64,000 bases of DNA, from contig CM052817.1 in the NCBI GenBank assembly GCA_028534125.1, positions 85,810,001-85,874,000 of the forward strand, given 5' to 3'. The stretch is from Lama glama. Taxonomy: Eukaryota. Each line of letters starts with the position of its first letter. Position 1 is the first letter of the stretch. Below the pieces are notes generated by a model. That model was not told where the DNA came from. It saw only the letters and a program-made list of their open reading frames with translations, and did not search any database. Positions 26,150 through 39,459 of this stretch are shown here, in pieces. A program made the translations under genes and the position numbers.

Positions 26150-26600
26150 CCTAATGCTATAATTATATTATAATTTGATTTCTGAAAAATGTAAAAATAG
26201 TTGCTGGTTCTTTGAATACTAGGTTAAAAACTAAGTTTTTTAAAGACTAAAAAGACAAGTTACTTAAACAAATATTTATCTTATTAAAACTCATGATGCC
26301 AACAATAAAGTCTTTTTAAATGAAAGAAATATACAAAGATTTGGAAAATGAAAAAAAAAACTAGAAACATTTTTAGTATGTCTTCTTTTGTTTATACTGT
26401 TCTTACCATACTTTAAAGAAACTGAAACTGTGTTTAGAATATATATTTTTGGCATTTTATGCAACTAAGCTGGTGGTAAACTCCAAGAAGCTGAGAAATA
26501 CTCAAAGTAAATGCCGTGGCCTATGTCAAAGATTGAAACAATAAATAAAGGCTGGTAAATGAATGAAATTTGTAATATTCAGTTACTAAAAACAATTTTC
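26150..26600 (+). mobile_element. Possible Tigger-type DNA transposon remnant
   Basis: 'atactcaaagtaaatgccgtggcctatgtcaaagattg' resembles a Tigger transposase-derived segment; no TIRs identified. Confidence 0.3.
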
Positions 26601-26619
26601 CAAGTAGTTGGTAAAATAC

Positions 26620-26716
26620 TGAATTAGTGTCCTAGGGCAACTCTAACAAATTACCAAAAACTGGGTGGCTTAAAACAACAGACATTTCTTCTCTCACAAT
26701 TCTAGAGTCTAGAAGG
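26620..26716 (-). mobile_element. MLT1 terminal fragment
   Basis: 'taacaaattaccaaaaactgggtggcttaaaacaacagacatt'. Confidence 0.85.
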
Positions 26717-26874
26717 ATAATTGAAGTGACATTTGTTGTCCATAACTGGCAAACTTCAGTTTTAGTCTGTCTGTGTATTCGTTTAGTTGAACACAGTCAG
26801 TCTGTCGATAGATCTGTACTATATGTGATGGCAATGCTGTCTTAAGACAGCTGTTAGTGAAAACATACAGAAAA

Positions 26875-27010
26875 TTCATTTATTCATTAATGAATAAATA
26901 TTTATTTGGTAAACAAAACAGTAATAGTCATACACTTACATGCTACAGAGGGACATAAAACAGTAAACAAACAATTGCAAATAAATTATACTTTCAAAAT
27001 TGCCATGAAG
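26875..27010 (-). mobile_element. L2 3' terminus
   Basis: 'attcatttattcatt...aaatatttatt...aacagtaaacaaacaatt'. Confidence 0.55.
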
Positions 27011-27129
27011 TTGATTCAGGTGTCTAGTCAACTACCTACCCTACAATTAATTTGGACATTCAAGGTCTTTCGAATTATGTCATTTGATTTTTAGGATGCC
27101 TTCAGTCCTGAGGCCATCAAAGGCATTCT

Positions 27130-28525
27130 TTATTTACACTTAAACTCTTTTTTTCCCTAGCATTTCTTTTTGATTCTACCTTCGAGTTTCTCTCTCCTAA
27201 CGTTAAGCATATTTTCTTCCATGTTGTCTATTTTTCCCCTAAGATTCCTTAGAATGTTAATTATAGTTGTTTTAAATTCCTGGTTTGATGATTCCAAAAT
27301 CTTTGCATTAAATGTGTCTGGTTTTGGTGCTTGCTTTTTTTCTCTTCAGACTGTTTTTTCTTGCCTTTTAGCATCTTTGATAACCTTTTATTGAAATATA
27401 AAGATTACATATTATATAATAGGAATGGAGGTAAATAGGACTTTAATGTGAAATTTTATGTTTGTCTCTCTAGGGATTAAGTTGTGCTTAATGTTTGCTG
27501 TAGATATAGGTACCAGAGACTTCAACTTCCTCTGGTGTCCTTGTTTTTGTCTACTCTGGTCTTTGGGCTTCCCTAGAAACTCCTTCTTATACAGTGTGTG
27601 TACCTTAAAACTGTCTCAGTAGTAACCCACTGTTGCTATTATTATTTTTTTAATGAGTTTTGGTTTTTTTTAATATTATTTTGGGGGGTAGGTAATTAGG
27701 TTTATTTATTTGTTTTTTTTTAAATAGAGGTACAGAAGGTTGACCCAGGACCTCATGAATGTTAAACATGCAATCTACCAGTGAGCTATGCCCTCTCCCC
27801 GCTGTTAATATAGTGCAGGATAATTGATGAGATTAGGTATTGAGGAGGGAATGTGTTCCATTATTTTAGGATTAAGCCTCAGTTTTTTTAATGGGCCTGA
27901 GTCCCTTGTCTGTGGCCTTCAAACAGTTTTTAAGCCTTTTTTGACCCCTTGTGTGTGAAAACAAGGCTAGAGGGAGATCCAATTTTTTTTAAAAAAATTA
28001 CTCTCCTCTTCTGTCAGATAAAGCTCCAGTAAAGTAAAGTAGATTTTCAGAGGCAGGCCTTTGTTACAGAGAACAGAACCTTCAAGGCTGGCACATTTAA
28101 AAAGGATCACTTTTCTCTTGGGCATATTTAAAAAGTTACTTATCTCATTCACCTGCCCAAAGAAAGAGGGTTTGTTTTTTTTTTCTCCCACCAACTTTCA
28201 CCAGGAAAAAAGGAGGGCTCCTGGAATGTAGGGACTCCCCGTAAGACTAGGCCCCCTGTAGTTTTTAACTCTCAAATTAGTCCACACACAGTCTCCAGCA
28301 AGTCATCAATTACCAATTTCCTCCCAGTTACTGGCTCCAGTGGCCTCTGCTCCTGGTAAGCTGCAGTATTCACCTGTCTCTCCAGTTTTCTCGACAGCGA
28401 TTTGCCGTTTGACCTCAATTCTCTGATGAATCTATAAGAAGAGTTATCTATTTGTACTTTTTTCAGCATTTTCTTCTTGAAGAGTGGAGTGATGACTTCC
28501 AAGCTTTTTATATGTCAGAGCAAAA
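27130..28525 (-). mobile_element. Old L1 5' region (L1MC/L1MD 5'-end-like), interrupted by a SINE
   Basis: 'gagtgatgacttccaagctttttatatgtcag' resembles the antisense L1MC/MD 5' terminus; 'ttaattatagttgttttaaattcctgg' resembles the ORF1-start region. Confidence 0.7.
27638..27800 (-). mobile_element. tRNA-derived SINE (camelid Vic-1-like)
   Basis: Reverse complement reads ggggagagggcatagctcactggtagattgcatgtttaacattcatgaggtcctgggtcaacc (A and B boxes), then 'aaataaacctaattacctacccccc' and an A-rich tail; imperfect TSD actgttgcta/gctgttaata. Confidence 0.85.
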
Positions 28526-28699
28526 ATGACACGGCTTTTATGAAGAAATTGTCTTAGCTTTTCGCAGTGTGGGTGGTCAGGAGCAAAAACTTACACTAAC
28601 ATTTCTAAGGATTTTCTGCCAGGTTCAATTTCTTCTGAGGAGAGTATTTTCTATACTAAATCAAAATGATTTCTTTAAATAATATTTTCACAGTTCATT

Positions 28700-29870
28700 A
28701 TGGATATAGTTTATACTTGGTGTAAACATTTCCCAATATGAATTTAATCTTAGATTAGAAAATGTTATCTTATATAAACCAGCAATTATTGAAAACATGG
28801 TCATGGTAAGCATTTGGGGAAAAAAGTATCTATAAAGTAAAAATAAACATCTTTCAACCAGCAACCATCAATTCCTAATATTGTTACTCCCAAATATAGT
28901 TAATACTGTTGTGTATCCTATGTCTTTATACATTTCATAGCACAAATAAATTAATAAATATAAAATACATAATATATAACCATTATATTTAAAGATATCC
29001 AGCACCTTTGGGAGCTTTTAACATGTTCTACTTTTTAAATAGATATTCGTTAAAATCCATAATATCCCACATATGGGTTTGTTAGGTAGTTAGATAAGTG
29101 GGGGCACCAGACAGATAGGTGGGGGAGAGGGAGGATGGTCTGGAAGATGGTGCGATGCCGCCTCCAGCATAAAGGGACTTTACTTCCTCTAAATGAGTGC
29201 CAGCAAGAGACTGGTTAGAACCCAACAGCCGCAACTGCGCAGCAGTGAGAAGGACCTAACCACACAAGATCAAATGCTCTCTGTAATATAATTAGCACTG
29301 TGGTTTAACACGCCCCCCCAACCCCCTACCATGGGTTTTTCTGTGTATATCATGGGTAAGAGTATGTGCAAAGGAAACAGGGCATTCCAAGGGCAACAGC
29401 CATCAATCAATCAAAAGACCACCTCTAAGCAAAGGTAAAAGAGAGAGGGCAGACAAAGACCACCGCTATTTCCCCTTGGATCAGTCCGCCTCCTGTTCCT
29501 GGATGTGAACTTCCCCTTTCAAAATAAATCCTTTAAGATCTTTCACCACACACCGCTCTCCATCTCCCATCAGTGATCTTATCTTTAAGGCAAGACAGGG
29601 ACTGGGGTCTTTTCCCTTTCCCTTTTGGGGTAACAGAATCACCAGCCCCATTATAATAATCATATACATTTCCTCTAACTTTTTTATTGCTATCATAAAC
29701 AATGATGCTGTGGACATCTCTGTACATATGTATCTTTGCCTTCTATCAATAGGCTAAATTCATTCATTGGATTTTTGGTTTGAATGGAATAAAATTTAAA
29801 TTTTTTGATAGATAAAGCCAAGCTGCTCTATTAAAATATTGGCTCAGTTATCTCTATAGGCATTTTACCT
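28700..29870 (-). mobile_element. Old L1 (L1ME-like) 3' remnant hosting an LTR
   Basis: 'ttgctatcataaacaatgatgctgtggacatctctgtacata'. Confidence 0.6.
29080..29635 (+). mobile_element. ERV1-type solo LTR, complete
   Basis: Inverted termini tgtta...taaca; AATAAA at ~29523; sharp GC shift inside an L1 remnant. Confidence 0.85.
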
Positions 29871-29924
29871 ACCGTTAAACAACAACAAAAATCCCAGTAA
29901 AATCCATTTAAACCTCATACTAAT

Positions 29925-30037
29925 AAGCTTAGTGTCATGGATAAAGATGTAAGGCTCTGGTGCCAGATTGTTAATTTATAATTTTAACTTTGTCATTTAC
30001 CAGCAGTGCAACATTGGGTAAATTACGTATCTCAGTG
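29925..30037 (+). mobile_element. MIR 5' fragment
   Basis: 'ggctctggtgccagattg...catttaccagcagtgcaacattgggtaaattac'. Confidence 0.7.
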
Positions 30038-31469
30038 AAAGAGGTGTTTATTAAGTCCTTGAGGACTTAACCACTTATCTTAGAAATAGTCAGATGTTTT
30101 TCTTAAAACTGGTGCTTAATTCTAACATGGTTTGTTGGTTTGTTTGTTTGTTTTCCTTGAGTCATGATGTGGCCAGTTGGGAGAACTGTTAAGTACACTT
30201 AAAATGTTTTTGAATATGATGTTTGTACATACCTATGTCTATAAAAAGTGACTCCAGGGTGCCAAAGTCCTGTTACTTAAATAAATCCTAATTACTTAAA
30301 TCAATAATTCAGAAGACTCAATACTCCTCCACTTAGGTACTGAGTAGAATAAAAAGCTTCTGTGTTTTTTTGTGTGTGTGTGTGTGTGTCTTGTTCCATT
30401 TGATTATTCTAAAACTGGATTTTAAGTTAAATTACTGTATTATTTCATCTCTTATAGGCTTTACTCCAGTGCTCAACCTCCTGCAAAAATAACAGAAACC
30501 AAAACAACAATAACTACAAAATACAAACAAACAAAAAGAGGAACAGAGAACAGAGATCTGTGTACTAGGCATATTCACAATTACACCATATGAAACATGA
30601 AAAATCATTAATAAATTCAGATAAATATCAAGTGGTCTATATCCACAGTCTGGAAAGCCCTATTATTATCAGATATCTGTGACAGACACAGCTTTCCCAA
30701 ATTTCACTAGCTTCTGGGAATGACCTATCTTCTTATATAAAAGTAAAAATTACTGGAATGTCCATATCATTCATGTTGTCACGATGCAACATTTTCTCAA
30801 ATTTTAAGTCCACCCCGATTTTTCTGCCACTGGTTATATTTTCTGAAAATCTAAATAATCTCCATTTCATATTTCTTGCCTAATGTCCATAATTTATCTT
30901 TTCTTCATGGTATAGTAACATGCTGGGCAAGTGATACAGTTCCTTCATTCCTCGAGGAATACTGATAGAAGATACAGTGTTCAGCGAAATTTGAGTGAAG
31001 GTTTGGGAGTTGTTTATGTTTGCACATTGGAGTGATTGTTCATGGTTTATATTGTAAATGGAATATAATAAATGATGCAAAAACAGCTGTTTTTCAAACA
31101 CGTATCAGAGAAATACACGCATCAGGAACATTTGCTCATGTTTTCCTCCGGGTCTCAGGGTTTTACTCTACGCAGTCTTTTTCTAACCCCTTCAATCTCC
31201 TTATCATCAGCTTTTTAGGGATGTCTATCCTTAGAAAAATAAATTTTCATCTTAGTTTATTACTTATAGCAATTTATTTCTGTTAATCTCTTTTCTAACT
31301 TTAACTATCCAGCTCTAAGAATCACTTTCTAAAATTTAAAAAAAAAAAAAACTAGAGTAGATTAAGGTATTTTGTTAAATAAACACAACTCTCTCCTCAA
31401 AAAATTCACTGGATGCCTTTAAATTAATATTTTAAAATATTTTCCTCCAATTTTATAGCTGCATATATC

Positions 31470-31470
<1 letters not shown>

Positions 31471-31536
<66 letters not shown>

Positions 31537-31538
31537 TT

Positions 31539-31594
<56 letters not shown>

Positions 31595-31596
31595 TC
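31471..31596. repeat. (TTTC)n tetranucleotide repeat, ~31 units, one interruption
   Basis: Direct reading. Confidence 0.97.
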
Positions 31597-31808
31597 ATAA
31601 CTGAAGCACTACAGAAGAGTCAGGAGATGACAAATATATATGCTTTCATTTTCTTGTCTATTAGAGTCTTGTATAATTAAGTAAATATTGATGGCATTTA
31701 TAGAAGAGATAATGGAAGAGGAATATTTACCAGGGTGAAGAAAAGAGATCATGAACATTATTTTGAACATATGTTTTCTTGATTATGTGAAATAAAATTC
31801 ACATTTTA

Positions 31809-32250
31809 TGGCAAGACAAGAAAAATTTAAACTTAAAAAATTCTTCTCTGCCCTTTGGCCTTTTACTTGCCCCCACCATGCATTGTGTGTCTGCATTTAC
31901 GTCAACCAAACCTCGCCCACTGGCATGAATACCTGCTCAACTATAAAGAGCAACATTCTCCCAGCATCAACAAGACAACTCCTTAAAACGTATCCTTCTC
32001 TGTCTTGTAAGGCATCACATGACCCGCCAGGATGACACTTAGGTCGGGATTATGAAACTGTCAGTAATATGTCATTTGATGTACAGCCCTCTTTCTCAAA
32101 AAAATGAATATAATTCTATCATGATTTCTAATCAGTGGAATAGTTTTCAGAACTTTCTGAGATACTCTTCCCAGTTTATAATCCTCAAATTTGGCTCAAA
32201 TAAATTTTTCCATTTCTTTCTTAGATCAATTGATTAATTTTTCACTAACA
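31809..32250 (+). mobile_element. ERV1 solo LTR (MER34/LTR39-like)
   Basis: TG...CA; 3' block 'ataatcctcaaatttggctcaaataaatttttccatttctttcttagatc'. Confidence 0.75.
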
Positions 32251-32598
32251 GCTATGTGAATCAATAAAATAATGTCCAGTCAGAAGATATATGTAAGACT
32301 ATAGTGTAAAGATAGGTTCTAAGCTGGAGATATGTACATGGCAGTTTTGGCATTTATATTGTACTTTAAATCACAGTCCTGGGTGAGATTCAGTATGGCA
32401 AAAAAAAAAAAAAAACAGAATTAAAAGGAAGGTGGCCCTCAGACTCAACATTGAGAAAATCATACTTTTAAGACAAAACTGAAGACAAAATTGCTAGGGA
32501 TTTTTAAAGGGATGATCCAGAGGTATAGGAAAAAAACCTTAAATGTGTGACTTCACTATGTCAAGAGAAGTGAGTATTTCAAGAAGAACTAAATAGTC

Positions 32599-33658
32599 AA
32601 TATTTGCTAGTGATGCAACTGACAAAAGATTAATTTCTAGAATATATAAACAGCTTATACAACTTAATAACAAGAACAACAACAATAAACCCAACCCTAA
32701 AACTGGTAGAAGACTTAAACAAGCAATTCTCCAGTGGAGCCATACAAATGGCCAGTAGACACATGAAGAAATGCACACTGTCACTAATGATCAGAGAAAT
32801 GAAAATCAAAACTACAATGAGGTATCACCTCACACCAGTCAGAATGGCCATCATTAAAAAGTAAAAAACCAACTGCTATAGAGGCTGTGAAAAAAAGAGA
32901 ACCCTCCTACCCTATTGGTGGGAATGTAACTTGGTGTAGCCGTTGTGGAAAAACAGTATGGAGATTCCTCATAAAGCTAAAAATAGACTTACCATCTGAT
33001 CCAGCAATCCCACTCCTGGGCATATATCTGGAGGGAACTCTAATTCAAAAAGATACATGCATCCCAATGTTCATAGCAGCACTATCTATACAGTAACCAA
33101 GACATGGAAGCAACCTAACTGTTCATCGACAGAGGACTGGATTAAGAAGCCGTGGTATATTTATACAACGGAATACTATTCAGCCATAAAATAGAATAAA
33201 TTAATGCCATTTGTAGCAACATGGATGGACCTGGAGACTGTCATTCTAAGTGAAGCAAGCCAGAAAGAGAAAGAAAAATACCATATAATATCACTCATAT
33301 GTGCAATCTAATGAAAGAAAAAAGACACTAATGAATTTATCTACAAAACGGAAACAGACCCGCAGACATAGTAAACAAACTTATGGTTACCTGGGGGAAA
33401 AAGAGTAGGGAAGGGATAAATTACGAGTTTGAGATTTGCAAATATTAGCTACTATATATAAAATAGATTAAAAAGAACAAGTTTCTTCTGTATAGCACAG
33501 GGAACTATATTCAATACCTTGTAGTAACCTATAATGAAGAAGAATATGAAGATGAATATATGCATGTATATGTATGACTGAAACATCATGCCATACACCA
33601 GAAATTGACACAGTATTGTAAACTAACTATACCTCAATTAAAAAAAAGAAAAAAAAAG
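32599..33658 (+). mobile_element. Young 5'-truncated L1 (ORF2 C-terminus, 3' UTR, polyA)
   Basis: ORF 32887-33096 contains 'KTVWRFLIKLKIDLPSDPAIPLLGIY...IQKDTCIPMFIAAL', typical of L1 ORF2; frameshifted; A-tail. Confidence 0.96.
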
Positions 33659-34899
33659 ACTACCAGATATGATTTTATCAAGACCTTTAGGTGTAGTGAT
33701 AGTGGTGAAAGCATATAAGAGTAGATGAAGAATAAACTGAGAGTGAAGAAATGGAGCAGCAAGTACTAAAAACAAAACAAAACAAAACCCCAGAAACTTT
33801 CAAAAGCTCACCAGTGTGATGTTTGGGAATTTTATAGCTAGTTCTCATTGGAAGCTTGATAAAAAAAAAAAAAAAGAATTTTTAAAGATGACGAAACTTG
33901 AGGATGTTTTAAAAGTATGAGGAAAATTCAAGTTGACCAAGGGCTTGAAAATATAGAAAAGAGAAAGGAGAATTGGTGATGTAAATTTTGAGAGAGAAGA
34001 AGTGATGCAGTTACGGTCATGAGCACAGGAGGAGGGAGAGAGGGACTGGCTTTCACCAAGAGAAGACGAAGCTCTAGCAGAGTCATCAGAGCACTAGAGG
34101 AAGAGATCGGCATGAACGCAAGTAACTTTGCTCAACTGCGAATGGGAGTGTCTTTAACATGATGATCTGAGCCGTCATTAACTTTCTTCACTTTAGCGTC
34201 TTGTATTCCATAAACGTTCTTAGACAAGAGAAACCTTTGTGGAATTACTCCTCCCTGTTTTGTGCATGAATATATATAGGTTATGAATCAAGGTGTTTTT
34301 CTTTTCCTGTCTAGTTCTGACTGAAGCTAAACTAATTAGACATTCCTAAGATTTTGAGTCTTGATAACGAAGACAGAAAAGAGTTTGATCTCATTCATTA
34401 CCGTACAATAAACGGGAGCATTTTATGCTCCCTAGACTCCAGGTAGTTGCCCCATCTTGTTCCTACAGCTTATCAACTAGGTGGTAAAGACTTTTAAGCA
34501 AATGAAATTTCAGGAAATCGCTAGTTTGTATCATTTACAAATCCTAAAAAATAAGGTTAAAAATGGGATTGTGTATGTGTGTGTGGGTGGGTGTTTCATT
34601 ACAGAATATTTAACCTATTAATTCAGTGTTGATACAAGGGCATTTAGCTTTCAACAAACTATCTTGAGGAATCATGTGTGCAATAATGTTTGTGCATTTG
34701 TGTATATGTATGGGAAAATGCAAACTTTAAGACACAAAAGGACACTGAAAGGCCAGTCATCATTCAACGTAAGTAGAGTAAGAAATGTAAAGCCTTTGTG
34801 GGGTGGGAATGAATCACCAAGTCGGAGTCTCTGGCCCATGTCTCAGTTCTGAGTCTGTTCTTAGATTCAAGATCAGTAAATAAATAGCAGTTTCATTAG

Positions 34900-35430
34900 C
34901 CTGAGGAGGCACCCTGGTATGCTGATGTAAAACCACAAAGGTGTACCACACCCTGCCTTCTATTTTCATTTTTGGTGACCTGAGGGCATTCAAAAAGGTA
35001 TTTCTGAACTCAGGGAAAAGAAAAAGTCCAAGTTGCAGGGGATGGGTAACTACTTTTTAGAGGTTTGGGTATGGTCCTGAGCTAACTCTAATTCCTGAAG
35101 GTGCCAGATGCCATTGTGCTGCATCAGCGAATCAGGTGACAAACCAGAGTGCCTCTCACAGGCAGCTCAGCGGAACTTTGAAACCAGGAGATACTCATGC
35201 TTCTAATTCCTATGTTTGCAAAGATATTTGCAGTTGGAATAGGTAACTTCAATACCTAAAGAACTCCTACTGTAAGTATGGTCCAGAGCAATAAGCTAGT
35301 CATTGAATCCAGGTTACCCTACAAAAAACTCTGCCATGTGGTCCACTTCTGACCTACCAGATCCAATAGGGCACACGATTTCTATGACAAATCCTAATAG
35401 GAAAATCGCAGGCATTTGTAACAAGCAGAC
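34900..35430 (+). mobile_element. MaLR/ERVL internal fragment with protease and pol remnants
   Basis: 35064-35117 translates FGYGPELTLIPEGARCHC (ERVL-type LDTGSELTLIPGDPKRHC); 'ggtccagagcaa...ctctgcca...ccagatccaat' resembles the ERVL pol EWGPEQ..ALPL..ADPM region. Confidence 0.65.
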
Positions 35431-35829
35431 CCTCTCTGGTCACTGACATACATCGCCTATTCTTCTCTGAATAATAGGGAAAAGATTAAGGTTGAAAATG
35501 AATGGTGATTTTACTTTGTTCAATACAAAGCAAGTGTATCTGATTCATCCCTCCACAATGTTGGGCATTCCTGGCAGAGATCTATCATCCAGTGAAAATG
35601 GGATATTCCGAAGTGGGCTCAGCATGAAATAAAAATAAAAGAAACTTACCTAAGTAGATATTTTAGAGTTCTAACACATCTTCTAACACACAGTAGTGCT
35701 GCTGGAGAGTAACTCCAGTCTTGGGGATTCAGAAGAAAAATGAAGAGAGGGAATTATTTAAAGGGGTGTAATTTTAAAAAAGAAACTCTTTATGAGCCGT
35801 CTAAAAAAGGGCTGACCTGATAAACATAA

Positions 35830-35853
35830 TATATGTGCTGCCAAAGCGAGCAC
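35830..35853 (-). pseudogene. RNU6: U6 snRNA 5' fragment (nt 1-24), tailless retropseudogene
   Basis: Reverse complement GTGCTCGCTTTGGCAGCACATATA vs U6 GTGCTCGCTTCGGCAGCACATATA (23/24); flanked by 22-bp direct repeats. Confidence 0.9.
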
Positions 35854-36374
35854 AAGGGATGACCTGATAAACATAGGAAAAATTAATTGGGGGTGCTAAA
35901 ATACTTTGGAGTAGTAAGTTTGATAAAGTTAGCAAATCCATGTAGATATGTTCTCTTCTGTTTTGAGCTAAGAGTGACCATTATGTTTTGACAAAGCATA
36001 GATTAAAATATGCTAATTTATACTCTTCTGCGATCTTTTCCTCTTGATCATTTTTCTTCTTTTAGCAGGCTATTATTTTCTCAAGAGGATTCACAAGTAG
36101 CATTCACTGGTCATGACAAACCTTCAATTAACTGGCTTTCATACAGTGCGTATTATTATCTCATTATCAAGTTGTCTTTTTGTTCTTTTTTTCTTTCTTA
36201 CTCTTTCAAGTTATTTATTTATTGCAATTGGCCCACACAAAGTTTCCTTAATTATTTAAAATGACACTTTTATTAGCATTAACACATTTTTTACCAAGTT
36301 ACTCTTAGAAAAAAAAAGAGAACCTAATTTAAATTTGCTCTTCAATACCATGGTTTCAAAGAAACAACCTCTCA

Positions 36375-36640
36375 TGGTGGAAATGGGCAATGTAAGATCT
36401 AGTTTTGTTTGTTCATATGTACCTCTTAGAGTCTTGGTTTCCTTGTCTGTAAAATTAAAGAGCTATGTTAAGGTCTATGAGACTATGGATTTCTGTCTGA
36501 TCATGGCCATATTAAATTGATAAATGATATAAAAACTAAAATTATAGCTCAGTAATTGGCATTAGGTTTCTATGAGTTCTTGTGAAAAGTTAACTCATAG
36601 ATGTCAGTTCTTTCATCTGAAAAATGCAATAATTCTAAAT
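36375..36640 (+). mobile_element. Two MIR/MIR3 core fragments
   Basis: 'gtcttggtttccttgtctgtaaaat' and 'tcagttctttcatctgaaaaatg'. Confidence 0.5.
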
Positions 36641-39459
36641 GTTAATTATTATCTTTTAGAATGTATAATGATGGCTCTGCTATAATCTTAAACATTTACA
36701 ACTTACATCATATCTCCAGATACCAAAATTATTTTTGTGATTGATTTGTATAGCTTCATTTTCACAAACCAGTATCTTCAACATTTTATAAAATACGGCT
36801 GCAACTTGCATTTAATTGCATTTGTGTCTGAATTAGTGAACAGCAGCTGTATGCTGGCTGTGCATCAGTTTCACACCAAACAAAACAAAACAAAACAAAA
36901 TCCAAAACCAAAAAAATATAGCTCAATGAGAGAACAGCTAGAAAAGCTGGGAAATATTTTAGAAATATATATTTTGAGGATATATGGAGGATTTCCAATG
37001 TAGCAAGGAATTGAGAGGTCAAAATGCTGGATGGAAGGAAACTCAGAAATGAGCCCAGAATTTGGAGATATTTTTTGCTAGCAGACTTCAAAAGAAACTT
37101 AGCAGAGGAGAGCTGAGCTGCAGAAAAGTCACACAGTGGCAGCTAAAGTGAATAAAAACACAGATTTAGAGTCTCATAGGCCTAATATAATTCAGAAACA
37201 TAGAAAACAGAAATAAAATAAGGCTTATTATTCATGTTTGGCATATGTAAATATTATAAAGACTGATTGATTTGATCACATAATGTATTGGAAGAAAGTC
37301 AACCTCTAGATGAGAATCGGAGGTTCATCTATTGAAATGGTAGTTTGGGAAGAGAGTTTTTAAGCGCAAACTTAGATTTAAAAAAAAAGAATTCAGTCAT
37401 TTAGGAGTTTAGTTAATGGAATTGAGGATGGGTTGGAGTAAGTCAGAACAAATTCTTACATTCTGATTGCTTACAGCTTATTTCCAGACCAGGGAAGATT
37501 CTCATTTGTGGTTTAAATCTTTCAGCCCAAAGTAATATGGTACAACTACCAAATTTGTTTTGTCTCACCTAAAAATTACTCTTTTCTCTTATACTTTATT
37601 GATACAGTCTATAAAGACAAACAACATTAACTGCTACTAAATATTTTTTTCATATAGTGACATAAATGAGCAATAATGCAAATCTGAAAGCAACATTATT
37701 TTTGATCTCCACTTAACACCCAGATGTACACAGTGAGTTGCAATATTGCAACCCAGGGAAAACCATCACGACTTTTGTCCCTAGAAACCCAGCATATTCA
37801 GTGTGTTCTAAATATAATCCATTCCACATGCCATTCCTAGTCATTGCTAAAAAGGAGGAAAATCAGGGATATCACATATATAATTTACCTGATAACTTGT
37901 GAATTTATAAGTCATATCTCATTACTTTATCCAGATAGAATGAACTCTCTGCAACTTTACCACAAAATGCCTTATTGTGCAAAGCAGATTATTATTAACA
38001 TAGTTAACTTTTGTCTTTTTTAATGTGTAATTTGATTACGTGGCCTAGTGTAGCTCAATTTATTTCTTTAAAGGTTTATTATAATAGTCTATTTGTTTGC
38101 ATGTATACATCATTGGCTCCATAGACATGTGTATTATATATATCTCTTAATAAATTCTTAACTCCTCTAAGAAAGAATGCTTTTTAGTGTCATTGTAATT
38201 CTCTTATTTATTATTACCAGTGAATTGTAAAATGTATTTCTAAGACCATATATAAAAATATATATACATGTACAGACAAAAATAAATTCCTAAGTGTGAC
38301 ACACATAAAATGACATATAAAGAATATTTAGAGAACTACACACAGATAGATATAAGAATGGATTTTTTTTCCCATTAAAGCTAAAAACTGACCAGCACAA
38401 TAAACATTCCAACTCAAGTTTACTTTTGAACTGCTTGGTTTAATGAAAGAGTTTAGGTTGACATTTAAACTCTTTCCAAAAACATAGCTATTGCCATTGC
38501 TGGAGAGAGGATTAGAATCAGGCTAGGGTTCTGGGCATGTCATGCAAAGATGAAGTATATAAATGGATTTGCTGATAGAATTAGGATTGTATAGAAATCA
38601 AAGGCCATAATTAGAAGTTCAAAAGTCTAGTTTTCCCATTAGTGGCTGTTTTAACTTATGCCTCCTCTAAGACTTTTTGGATAACATGATTAATTTTTGC
38701 TTAATAAGCTAAATATATTTATACTTTTATTTACTTAGGTTGCAATGGGAAAAGTCTCTGATCTGGTATGTCTCAATATTACAATAGTCAATGTAAGCTG
38801 TCATAACTTTGGAAGTATTAATAAACATACAATGTCAACCATAAGATATCTCCCTTCTATTTTTATTTTCAATATGAGGTATTAATTCAATCAATGATAT
38901 TGTTAATATTCCAGGTAAATAAACACAAAAATATATTCACAATTATAAAATATGTACCAAGGAAACACTGATAGTCATCAATCAACTGTCTTATTTCTGC
39001 AAAGTATTATTGTTTTATTAAAAGTTAAATTTAGCCTTCTAGAATATATATAGTTTACTTCATAATTTAGTACCAATGGATATTAAATAAGTGTATAAAG
39101 TTGGAAAAAAAATCCCTAAATGGTTAATTCAGAATTACAGTAAATTGATTTTTATCACTGATCCCTTTTTCTTAGGGACAAAGATCCAAACAGGAACTAA
39201 TTTTCAAAATAAGAAATGTTCAGATATCATAGTTATTCTGTGTCTATTTAATAGTGAAACAAATTTGTTTAAATATATGAAAATACATTTACATAGACTG
39301 AGATTGGCGGAGCTACAATGAGTTTATCTAATTCTTTTAAGTCTTTTGTCCTCCTAACCCACATTCTTAGCAGATGATTTACCTCAGCAGAGGGAAACAT
39401 CGAGGTTAATACCACTGAACTTCTCATAATTATAAACATATTGTAGGTGAATCTAGCAG

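Larger units (their letters stand above)
31620..34150 (-). mobile_element. L2 remnant split by an LTR and an L1
   Basis: Antisense L2 motifs at ~31620-31808, 32251-32597 ('aagctggagatatgtacatggcagtt') and 33660-34150. Confidence 0.6.

Noticed and set aside
27730..27800. tRNA-like sequence on the minus strand
   Set aside because: It is the head of a SINE with body, tail and TSD; the B box is damaged.
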